Source of the DNA: a virus
Length of the DNA: 33,949 bases
Strand: one strand, 5' to 3'
IMG/VR virus record: IMGVR_UViG_3300046748_000066
Part shown: positions 1 to 6,173 of the stretch, piece after piece
How positions within the stretch are numbered: the first letter of the stretch is position 1
Layout: every line of letters begins with the position of its first letter
Notes under the pieces: generated by a model
Told to the model about the DNA's origin: nothing
What the model saw: only the letters and a program-made list of their open reading frames with translations
The model's database searches: none
Program-made: the position numbers and the translations under genes

Positions 1-127
1 GTAGCAGATTTGACTGCACTGCCATAGTAATAAGCATTATAAGCTTTGCCAGCATATTTGAGGGCTTTAGGTAAGATAACTCTTCCAGCTTGTAAAGCTA
101 GTGGTATTACAGGTGCTACCATTGTTG
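1..127. repeat. Terminal direct repeat, copy 1 (exact duplicate of 33823..33949): circular-closure overlap or short direct terminal repeat
   Basis: Read directly: the first 127 nt (gtagcagatttgactgcact...ggtgctaccattgttg) recur base for base as the last 127 nt. The repeat contains the start codon (complement of 120..122, equivalent to 33942..33944) and about the first 40 codons of the 459-aa minus-strand ORF. Confidence 0.95.
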
Positions 128-295
128 ATCTATCAATTGTTTAGCCATTTCACTGGCTTCTTCTCTTGTGTGTCCTTTAAGCATCTTGTGTTCAATATAA
201 TCTTTAACTCTATTGTTTCTGTGTTCTCTTTGAGCTTTCTTCTCGTTAGATACAATCTGTTTGGCTCTCTTTTCCATTTTCTTCAGATTAGGCAT
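116..295 (-). CDS. Small basic hypothetical protein, 59 aa (below the ORF-track cutoff)
   Basis: Hand translation of the complement: MPNLKKMEKRAKQIVSNEKKAQREHRNNRVKDYIEHKMLKGHTREEASEMAKQLIDQQW. Its ATG overlaps the stop of the 251-aa ORF (ATGCCTAA). Its TAG overlaps the ATG of the 459-aa ORF (ATGGTAG). It fills an otherwise empty gap in a tightly packed operon. Confidence 0.5.
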   Translation of the reverse strand: MPNLKKMEKRAKQIVSNEKKAQREHRNNRVKDYIEHKMLKGHTREEASEMAKQLIDQQW

Positions 296-1043
296 TTCTT
301 AGCAAACTCCTTTTCTGTCCTAGCATTCTTACGTCTTGTGGACGTGTAACTTCTCGTTGAAGCTTGTTATATGCCTGATTACGAGGATCAATACCTGTGT
401 AGTATGGTTTGATAGTCTGTTTATCAGAAGTATCTAAAACAAAGCTTCCAGAGCCTTTAATCAGGTTTTTGTTATCTGTAGCTACATTCTTCTCAACAAT
501 AACTGATTGAGGTTTAGCATCTGGCATTTCATTGACCATCTGTGTTGGAGCTACATTGTTCTTAACATTGTCTTGATTATTGGTAGTCTGTGCCATTGTT
601 TCTGCTTCACCAGAAGTGCTACGTCCAAATAACATACTGCCACCGCCATATATAGCTGTGCCATAAAACGTCTTCTTAGCCATTACTTTGTCAGTTATAT
701 TATCTTTTAGTTGGTTCTGTCTAGATTTGGATCTATCAGTAACGGTAACCGTATCAAATTGTTTTTTGCCTTTGACAACCTTATGCTTGCCTGTTTTAGT
801 TAATTTTGGTTTCTTTATGTTTTTGGTAACTACATTGACAGGATTAATACTAGATACTCTACCTTTGCTAAACATTTCTGTTGTAGTAGCACCAATTCTT
901 TTTAATGCTTTAGTACCATAGGTTAATAAGCTAGTAGGTCCACCATAGATGTGTTGATGAAATAATTTTTTACTTTGGGGAAATGCTCTGCCAACGTATG
1001 GCGCTGCTTTTGATAAGCCTTCAAGAACAACCTTAGCTACCAT
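288..1043 (-). CDS. Lys-rich basic protein of unknown function (251 aa)
   Basis: Long ORF in the operon frame, starting in a TAATG overlap with the upstream gene. K/T/N/G-rich low-complexity composition. No motif I recognise. Confidence 0.7.
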   Translation of the reverse strand: MVAKVVLEGLSKAAPYVGRAFPQSKKLFHQHIYGGPTSLLTYGTKALKRIGATTTEMFSKGRVSSINPVNVVTKNIKKPKLTKTGKHKVVKGKKQFDTVTVTDRSKSRQNQLKDNITDKVMAKKTFYGTAIYGGGSMLFGRSTSGEAETMAQTTNNQDNVKNNVAPTQMVNEMPDAKPQSVIVEKNVATDNKNLIKGSGSFVLDTSDKQTIKPYYTGIDPRNQAYNKLQREVTRPQDVRMLGQKRSLLRNA

Positions 1044-1465
1044 TAACCTCTACCTCTAGGATAAAGCATATTGATAAGCTTTTGTCTTGCTCTTGATGAT
1101 CCAACGCCCTCAGATTCTTTAAAGGTTTCTGATGAGTTACTAGCAAACTTACCTTTTGTAGGTCTGATATTATACTTCTGATAAGTCTTAAGCACGGCTC
1201 TGTCATAGTCTGTAAGCGTTCTGTCTTCAATAAAGTTTCCAGAATCAATCATATCCTGTGTCAGCATAGATCGTTTAACCTTAGTTTGTCCTGTACGTAC
1301 TGATTGGAATGGAGCAGTCGTGTCTTCAAACTTGGTAGTCCTAGCAGTTTCTCTAGTCATACCACCACCTTTCTTAGGTGTCTTCTTTTTGTAGGATGCA
1401 ATTAGTTTGTTTCTAGCTGATGAGCTAGCTGTTGGTAATGCACCGTATCCTTGTCCCTTTGGCAT
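1043..1465 (-). CDS. Basic protein of unknown function (140 aa)
   Basis: ORF with ATG preceded by gtagaggtacatt (GAGG-type RBS). K/R/T-rich. First gene after the 211-bp structured intergenic region. Confidence 0.65.
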   Translation of the reverse strand: MPKGQGYGALPTASSSARNKLIASYKKKTPKKGGGMTRETARTTKFEDTTAPFQSVRTGQTKVKRSMLTQDMIDSGNFIEDRTLTDYDRAVLKTYQKYNIRPTKGKFASNSSETFKESEGVGSSRARQKLINMLYPRGRG

Positions 1466-1676
1466 AATGTACCTCTACACTAAAAAATTAAAAAACTCGC
1501 ATAGTTTCTTTCTCTCTTTTATATCACGAGGTGTCAATGGATGTGAAGTACTTTTTGAGGGAATATTGTCAGTGAGGTAGGTTGTTACTATTATTGACAG
1601 GGGTTTTCAACCCCCGTACCCCCGACATAGACTACCTGACAGAAAATCTGTCAGACATCTATCCACACGATTGGTA
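1466..1676 (-). promoter_or_regulatory. Structured intergenic region between terS and the basic-protein genes (hairpins, repeated CTGACAG motif)
   Basis: This is the only sizeable non-coding gap in the minus-strand arm apart from 26222..26268. It holds a 7-bp hairpin ctgacag-aaaat-ctgtcag (1636..1654), a G4/C4 hairpin (1600..1614) and four (C/T)TGACA(G) copies in both orientations. Confidence 0.45.
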
Positions 1677-2033
1677 CTAACTTATATCAATGTTGACACT
1701 GAAGTTCCCATCAATAAGGTGTTGGTGTTTATCTGGTGCCTTGAACCCAGCCCTATCTAGTATATCTTTACTAGCCTCGAGCTGTACATACTCTGACTTC
1801 GCCCCATTACTGAGATTCACGATAGTGTTAATGGCACGTGTACTACCCATTGCTATCTTAGCCTGTACTTGTTGCATCATATACGCTTGTACCTCTGGTT
1901 TATGTAGCATCCTAGAGGCAGACACTCTACTACTATTACCCTTGTATCCTGCGAGCTTACTAGCTTCTGTTATCGTACATCCCTTAGCTACGATAGTATC
2001 TACTAGTAACTTAGCTTTATTGCTTATTGCCAT
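1677..2033 (-). CDS. terS: Terminase small subunit (Terminase_2-like HTH protein)
   Basis: 118 aa. The N-terminal segment TITEASKLAGYKGNSSRVSASRMLHKPEVQAYM and the later VQLEASKDILDRAGF match the pattern I associate with PF03592-type small terminases (xxAAxxAGYSxxxAxxxxSRLLxxPxVxxYI ... ALDRAG). It is the first gene of the minus-strand arm next to the divergent control region. Confidence 0.65.
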   Translation of the reverse strand: MAISNKAKLLVDTIVAKGCTITEASKLAGYKGNSSRVSASRMLHKPEVQAYMMQQVQAKIAMGSTRAINTIVNLSNGAKSEYVQLEASKDILDRAGFKAPDKHQHLIDGNFSVNIDIS

Positions 2034-2103
2034 ATAATGTTTATAACATATTCGAATCCCTTTTGTAAAAGGTCTTCACCCCAAAACTCTAATCAAGGTG
2101 TGT

Positions 2104-2137
2104 CTCTTCGAGGTCCTCTTCGAGGTCTCTTCGAGCC
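2104..2137. repeat. Triple tandem repeat ctcttcgaggtc / ctcttcgaggtc / tcttcgagcc (operator- or iteron-like)
   Basis: Read directly: the core tcttcgag starts at 2105, 2117 and 2128 (spacing 12 and 11 nt). It lies in the divergent intergenic region between terS (-) and the first early gene (+). Confidence 0.8.
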
Positions 2138-2152
2138 ACTGGTCCAGTAGGT

Positions 2153-2311
2153 ATATATATTCTTTGTGGCGTGGGTACCCTATCACAAGCCATTTGTACT
2201 ACAACCATTCGCAAGCCACTCAGACATTGTCCTCATTCTTCGTCCGTGTCTGGGTGTGGTTGATAGTACAAGCCGTTTGTGATTAACCCTTGCCGTACAA
2301 AGAATATATAT
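2153..2311. promoter_or_regulatory. Long imperfect inverted repeat / ~160-nt hairpin in the divergent control region
   Basis: The outer arms atatatattctttgt (2153..2167) and acaaagaatatatat (2297..2311) are perfect 15-nt complements. Nested complementary segments are atcacaa/ttgtgat (2182..2188 with 2277..2283), tttgtacta/tagtacaaa (2193..2201 with 2264..2271), caacc/ggttg (2202..2206 with 2258..2262) and cactcagac/gtctgggtg (2217..2225 with 2248..2256, one G-U). Confidence 0.7.
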
Positions 2312-2351
2312 TTTTTGTATATTTATAATTAACAATACATAGGAGTAAACT
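2312..2351 (+). promoter_or_regulatory. Candidate early promoter (-10 TATAAT at 2324..2329) and RBS (aggag 2341..2345) for the first early gene
   Basis: A perfect TATAAT hexamer is followed by ...acataggag...ATG. The same TATAATT-N(7-10)-CATAGGAG layout is seen upstream of 6204. No convincing -35 element. Confidence 0.35.
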
Positions 2352-2759
2352 ATGAAAAATACTAAGTCAAATACAGGCAAATCTAACCCAATAACTATGG
2401 CTAAACGTGAGGATATTATAATGGAATCGCTATCTAAGATAATGGTTGCATCTGGATACAGTGCGATATGCCCTAGTTATAACCCAGAAACTAACGAGTT
2501 TAACTACGAATCAGACAAACTTGCAAAAGGTATGTTTGTTAGGATTCTAGGTCAATTGGTTAGGTTTGCTGAGGCAAATGAGAATCTGGTTAATCAGGCT
2601 AATAAACCTACATCCAGATTTGCTAGGAAATCTACCAAAGTATCTGAGACACAGCAGAATGCTGTAGCTCAACACGCTATCTTGGAAGACACAGGTTTCT
2701 TTGAGATTGCAGAAAATCTGCAAGCTACCATTGATTCCTACTACCCACCAAAAGCGTAG
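2352..2759 (+). CDS. Hypothetical early protein (135 aa), apparently monocistronic
   Basis: ATG 6 nt after AGGAG, followed directly by a strong intrinsic terminator. No recognisable motif. Confidence 0.7.
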   Translation: MKNTKSNTGKSNPITMAKREDIIMESLSKIMVASGYSAICPSYNPETNEFNYESDKLAKGMFVRILGQLVRFAEANENLVNQANKPTSRFARKSTKVSETQQNAVAQHAILEDTGFFEIAENLQATIDSYYPPKA

Positions 2760-2769
2760 TTAATCAGAG

Positions 2770-2797
2770 TGAGAGGTCTTAGGACCTCTCATTTTTT
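2770..2797 (+). terminator. Rho-independent terminator
   Basis: 9-bp stem tgagaggtc (2770..2778) / gacctctca (2783..2791), loop ttag, then tttttt (2792..2797), 11 nt after the stop codon. Confidence 0.8.
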
Positions 2798-2812
2798 CTT
2801 CGAAAAAACTTT

Positions 2813-2884
2813 GGCGTGGCGTGAGCCACACCTTTTACACAAGGACATATGTGTCCTTGTGATTACTCGCCACTCTGGTGGCGA
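2813..2884 (+). other. Three consecutive tetraloop hairpins in a GC-richer intergenic region (possible structured RNA or protein-binding palindromes)
   Basis: Hairpins are gtggc-gtga-gccac (2816..2829), cacaaggaca-tatg-tgtccttgtg (2838..2861, perfect 10 bp) and tcgccac-tctg-gtggcga (2867..2884). Hairpins 1 and 3 use the same GTGGC/GCCAC words in swapped order. Confidence 0.6.
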
Positions 2885-2971
2885 CATGTAACTAGGGGGA
2901 ACGTGTACTGATTCTTACGGATCGTACTGTTTCTCTATCAAATAACTATTACAACATATGAGGTAAACGAT

Positions 2972-3541
2972 ATGAGTACGAATACAAAACAAGAAGAAAC
3001 ATGGGAAGAACGTAGAGTAAGACAGAATAAGTCTTTCAAAGAACATTCAATACCAGAGTTTCATAGGTTCATGAAACAGCATGATGTTATATATTTTGCT
3101 GTTAGTTTTAATGGTGGTGGTGATAGTGGTGACTTTGAAAGTGTACATTTTGTTACACAAGATGAGATACCTGACCATAAAATTATACAAAAAGAGGCTG
3201 GACTAGGTGATACACAAACTATAGATTGGGCTGATCCAACGTACAAAAAACAAAGAAATAAAATGTATGCACTGCAAGATTACTATCGTGATCCAATGAG
3301 ATTGGGGCATAAGTACATCTGGTATAAACCACATCAATCAGAAGAACATAGAAGCACTACACTGTCTGAGTATATCACTGAGTTTATTGGTGACTATATG
3401 AACTATGTACAAATTGATTGGTACAACAATGAGGGTGGTAGTGGTGATGTAATCTATGATAAAGGTGAACTTGTTATTGATTGCGAAACTTACTATCGAG
3501 AATCTGAATGTCATAGATTTAAGGAGATAGACAATGGCTAA
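2972..3541 (+). CDS. Hypothetical protein with internally duplicated G-G-(D)-S-G-D motif (189 aa)
   Basis: ATG after gaggtaaacgat. FAVSFNGGGDSGDFESV in the N-terminal half and QIDWYNNEGGSGDVIYD in the C-terminal half suggest a two-repeat fold. Confidence 0.7.
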   Translation: MSTNTKQEETWEERRVRQNKSFKEHSIPEFHRFMKQHDVIYFAVSFNGGGDSGDFESVHFVTQDEIPDHKIIQKEAGLGDTQTIDWADPTYKKQRNKMYALQDYYRDPMRLGHKYIWYKPHQSEEHRSTTLSEYITEFIGDYMNYVQIDWYNNEGGSGDVIYDKGELVIDCETYYRESECHRFKEIDNG

Positions 3542-3863
3542 TTGTTATCATCATGCACTGTCATCAGTCCAGAAATGGGGCGGGATCCCAGAGGATTACC
3601 AAGCCATTCATGATTGGTTTGATGACAGTAAGAAACATATAGCTACTGTAAAACATAGGGCTTTACGACATCACACTGAGGGTTGCTTTATGTGCGAACA
3701 GGTGTTCGGCACTACGATAACCAATAGTGATGGACGTAAAGTCCCGGTCCGATTGATAGCTGAAAGGCATATCACTGAGGATTGTGGCTACATACCAAAG
3801 GTATCTGACTGGCTTGATGCCATACAGATACAATCTTGGATGCGAAAGGGCTACCTAAAGTAG
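3534..3863 (+). CDS. Conserved phage/bacterial protein of unknown function (109 aa)
   Basis: Overlaps the upstream stop (ATGGCTAA). The N-terminus CYHHALSSVQKWGGIPEDYQAIHDWFD and the later GCFMCEQVFG...PVRLIAERHITED resemble a widespread uncharacterised family that I recall only as a DUF. Confidence 0.65.
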   Translation: MANCYHHALSSVQKWGGIPEDYQAIHDWFDDSKKHIATVKHRALRHHTEGCFMCEQVFGTTITNSDGRKVPVRLIAERHITEDCGYIPKVSDWLDAIQIQSWMRKGYLK

Positions 3864-3887
3864 AACAAAGGTAGTATAATAATAGAA
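3858..3887 (+). promoter_or_regulatory. Conserved promoter-like block, copy A: AAGTAGAA-N5-GTAGTATAAT-N-ATAGAA
   Basis: 26 of 30 positions are identical to 6157..6186. It contains a perfect TATAAT (3875..3880). Confidence 0.4.
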
Positions 3888-4007
3888 TAGGGTAGATAGA
3901 CAGAGATGGTTGGTGATTAGTAGTCTTTGAAAGCCAACATAACCTGTTCCAAGATGACTATGTATGGAGGAAAACTAGTCTATCTATCCTACAACTTGGA
4001 GATAAAT

Positions 4008-4325
4008 ATGAAGAGAGAGAAAACAAATACCATGAGTATGTACGACCTCATGGCAGCTCAAACTGTAACTAAACAATACCTGAATTACACAACAGAATGT
4101 GTAGCACAGGTAATAGCTCAGTTACCAGAAGAACATAAGATGACATCATTAGATGCTAAGTGTGACTTGTCATACAATCAAGGCAAACGTGATGCGTTTA
4201 TGGAATTGTTTAGTATCTTAGACAATCAAGAACAAACCATATCAAATCTTATTGATGATCGTTCTGATGAAATGCACCAGCAATCAGAAGATGAGAAAGT
4301 TATGGCTGAAGAAAATGAGTTGTGA
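4008..4325 (+). CDS. Hypothetical acidic protein (105 aa)
   Basis: I prefer the internal ATG at 4008 (ggagataaatATG) to the track start at 3927, which has no RBS. Confidence 0.6.
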   Translation: MKREKTNTMSMYDLMAAQTVTKQYLNYTTECVAQVIAQLPEEHKMTSLDAKCDLSYNQGKRDAFMELFSILDNQEQTISNLIDDRSDEMHQQSEDEKVMAEENEL

Positions 4326-4656
4326 TAACTTCCGTAAGTTTCATCGTAATAACCCTATGGTATTTCATAGGGTTGTTCAGCTTACAGATAAACTTAGGAA
4401 GAAAGGACGTAAGCATTACAACATAGAAATAATACTTGGTGTTATCAGGTACGACATAGATGTTGATACTGTTGGTGACCAGTTCAAAATCAACAACAAT
4501 TACAAACCATTCTATGCGCGTATGCTCATGGATTATATAGGTGATGATGACTTCTTTGCTTTACGTGAAAGCATTGCAGGTAATCATGACTATGGTCCAG
4601 ACATTGAGTATTACATTAACTGGAAAGCAACATACTTCTTGGAGATAAACTTATGA
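4315..4656 (+). CDS. Conserved phage protein of unknown function (113 aa)
   Basis: I prefer ATG 4315 (MSCDNFRKFHRNNPMVF...), which overlaps the upstream gene by 11 nt. The upstream part of the track ORF is the alternative frame of the previous gene. Confidence 0.6.
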   Translation: MSCDNFRKFHRNNPMVFHRVVQLTDKLRKKGRKHYNIEIILGVIRYDIDVDTVGDQFKINNNYKPFYARMLMDYIGDDDFFALRESIAGNHDYGPDIEYYINWKATYFLEINL

Positions 4657-4805
4657 CTATAGATAAAACAATAAACGTACTTGAACAGCTTGGTGGTAAC
4701 ACTAAACATTATGTAAACGAAGATGGTGAATGGGAGTTCACTGTCATAACACTTGGAGATAACAATGAAACTACTAACAAAGACACAACGAACACAACTG
4801 ATTAA
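4653..4805 (+). CDS. Possible small protein, 50 aa (below the ORF-track cutoff)
   Basis: ATGA overlap with the previous stop. ggagataaactt precedes the ATG. Hand translation: MTIDKTINVLEQLGGNTKHYVNEDGEWEFTVITLGDNNETTNKDTTNTTD. It overlaps the next gene by 41 nt, which lowers confidence. Confidence 0.35.
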   Translation: MTIDKTINVLEQLGGNTKHYVNEDGEWEFTVITLGDNNETTNKDTTNTTD

Positions 4806-5088
4806 AAATCATGAGCAACAAGATGGTACTAAATCATTTGATTGTGTTGTTAAACTATTCAATCCAATAGGTATAGGTACTTGGTATCTATCAGAGTTGG
4901 ATCCAGAGACTAACATAGCTTACGGATTGTGCATAATAACTGAAGCTGAGTATGGATTTGTAAGTCTTGATGAACTAGCTAGTACACCAGTAGGTATGGG
5001 ACTGGGTATTGAAAGAGACATTATGTTTCCATCTGGTTTAAGTCTACAAGAATGTATGACTATCCAGATGAGACGTGATGGTTGTTAA
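4765..5088 (+). CDS. DUF2958-like protein (107 aa)
   Basis: ATG 4765 follows ggagataaca. LLTKTQRTQLIKN...VVKLFNPIGIGTWYLSELDPETNIAYGLC...EYGFVSLDEL...IERD fits the DUF2958 pattern (KLFxPxGxxTWxxxExDP...FGL...ELGxVSLxEL...xERD) common on plasmids and phages. Confidence 0.65.
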   Translation: MKLLTKTQRTQLIKNHEQQDGTKSFDCVVKLFNPIGIGTWYLSELDPETNIAYGLCIITEAEYGFVSLDELASTPVGMGLGIERDIMFPSGLSLQECMTIQMRRDGC

Positions 5089-5444
5089 TGAAAACACATA
5101 GACTACTCTATGTAAAATGGCGAGGTATAGATATGAGATGCACACTTGAGCAAGTCAAGTCTATACCTCAGTCAGATATTTATGTAGACATTCGTGCCGT
5201 TGATTGGAGTGCAACTGGTATTGAGCATTGCGGTTGTATCGTACATGAACATTTACCAGATGTAATACAAGCAACGATAAATCCAAAGGATACAAGCTTA
5301 GAGTTTAGGAGCGCCATACCTCATAGACACGTAGACATTTGGAATTATCACAAGCACAGTATGAGAGAACGATGGATGGAGTGTGTTACAAAACTCATTG
5401 ACAAGATTGCTCACTCTAACATACAACAACACAAATTATTTTAG
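5088..5444 (+). CDS. Hypothetical protein (118 aa)
   Basis: The ATG sits in a TAATG overlap with the previous stop. No motif recognised. Confidence 0.6.
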   Translation: MKTHRLLYVKWRGIDMRCTLEQVKSIPQSDIYVDIRAVDWSATGIEHCGCIVHEHLPDVIQATINPKDTSLEFRSAIPHRHVDIWNYHKHSMRERWMECVTKLIDKIAHSNIQQHKLF

Positions 5445-5452
5445 GAGTGCAA

Positions 5453-5782
5453 ATGAAAACAAAAATGAAAGAGGGCTGGATGCCCAGCAAACAAACATTA
5501 TTAGACATGCTATCAGCATGTCCGGAGGTAAACATACGTTATGAAAAAGATAAGTTCGTTGATTACTACCTTGCCAATGGAGGCGTATCTGCAAATTGGG
5601 AAGCAACGTTTAGGAATTGGATCCGTAGAGCAGATGAATACCGTGTCCGCAACGACAAGAGTACAGGACATTCTGCAACAAGTACCGATTCAGTTCAGAA
5701 AAGGAGGCGTAGAATACTTAGTGTTGCGAAGCGAACAGATACAGAATCAGATGGGAATAACAAGAGAGTTTCCAAAGACTGA
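5453..5782 (+). CDS. DnaT-like / replisome-organiser N-terminal domain protein
   Basis: ATG 5453 lies 5 nt after AGGAG. EGWMPSKQTLLDML...EKDKFVDYYLANGGVSANWEATFRNWIRRADEY matches the WxPxxxxxxxA...ExxKFxDYxxAxGxxxxDWxAxFRNWxRRA pattern of DnaT DNA-binding-domain proteins. The C-terminal third is basic low-complexity sequence. Confidence 0.5.
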   Translation: MKTKMKEGWMPSKQTLLDMLSACPEVNIRYEKDKFVDYYLANGGVSANWEATFRNWIRRADEYRVRNDKSTGHSATSTDSVQKRRRRILSVAKRTDTESDGNNKRVSKD

Positions 5783-6173
5783 CCACGCTGATGGTATCGC
5801 ACCTGATATCTTAACCAGTTGTAGTGCTGACATGAAGCCATGTTCTAGGGAGGATGTGGCTATATGTCTTGAGACTATAGCTAGTACATTTCAAGTCAAG
5901 GTTCCAGATGATTTAGGATTGACTAGATACTTTGATTTACTATGCAAGTATCCAAGATTTATTATAGATCACTGCACTGAAAGTATAATCAAAGAGTATC
6001 CATACCCTAGACTACCAGTACCTAAAGATTTTATAGACAGATGTGAGCCAATGTATGTTGAACATTATGATTGGCTATACAAGATGACTAAAAATTTTAT
6101 GAGACTAGAAATATGGATGCAAGGTGACCAAAAGATACACAACAAATACTTAGATAAAGTAGAAGATAAGTAG
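5751..6173 (+). CDS. Hypothetical protein, possibly a G39P-type helicase loader (140 aa from ATG 5751)
   Basis: The track ORF starts at 5541, but its first ~70 codons overlap the organiser gene in another frame. ATG 5751 or GTG 5721 (13 nt after AAGGAGG) are the realistic starts. Its position after an organiser, and the segment YFDLLCKYPRFIIDHCTESIIKEYPYPRLPVPKDFIDRC, recall loader proteins. This is weak. Confidence 0.4.
   Translation: MGITREFPKTDHADGIAPDILTSCSADMKPCSREDVAICLETIASTFQVKVPDDLGLTRYFDLLCKYPRFIIDHCTESIIKEYPYPRLPVPKDFIDRCEPMYVEHYDWLYKMTKNFMRLEIWMQGDQKIHNKYLDKVEDK

Noticed and set aside
101-349. Plus-strand 82-aa ORF at the left end
   Set aside because: It is antisense to the coupled minus-strand chain (59-aa ORF and the end of the 251-aa ORF) and has no RBS.
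1595-1600. TTGACA hexamers at about 1595 (+) and about 1535 (-) as sigma70 -35 boxes
   Set aside because: No acceptable -10 hexamer sits 16-18 nt downstream of either, so I report the region only as structured or regulatory.
1690-2037. Plus-strand 115-aa ORF mirroring terS
   Set aside because: It is an antisense shadow of a gene with a recognisable terS-like product, and its translation is hydrophobic low-complexity sequence.
2051-2059. TTCGAATCC, the tRNA T-loop consensus
   Set aside because: The flanking bases (acata / ctttt) cannot form a T-stem, and no acceptor or anticodon arms can be drawn. I found no tRNA in the window.
2098-2380. Small ORFs 2098..2286 (+) and 2183..2380 (-) in the divergent control region
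   Set aside because: They lie across the repeat and hairpin elements, lack an RBS, and overlap the start of gene 2352. They are more likely non-coding regulatory DNA.
5541-5750. N-terminal 70 codons of track ORF 5541..6173
   Set aside because: They overlap the recognisable DnaT-like domain in another frame. The realistic starts are 5721 or 5751.
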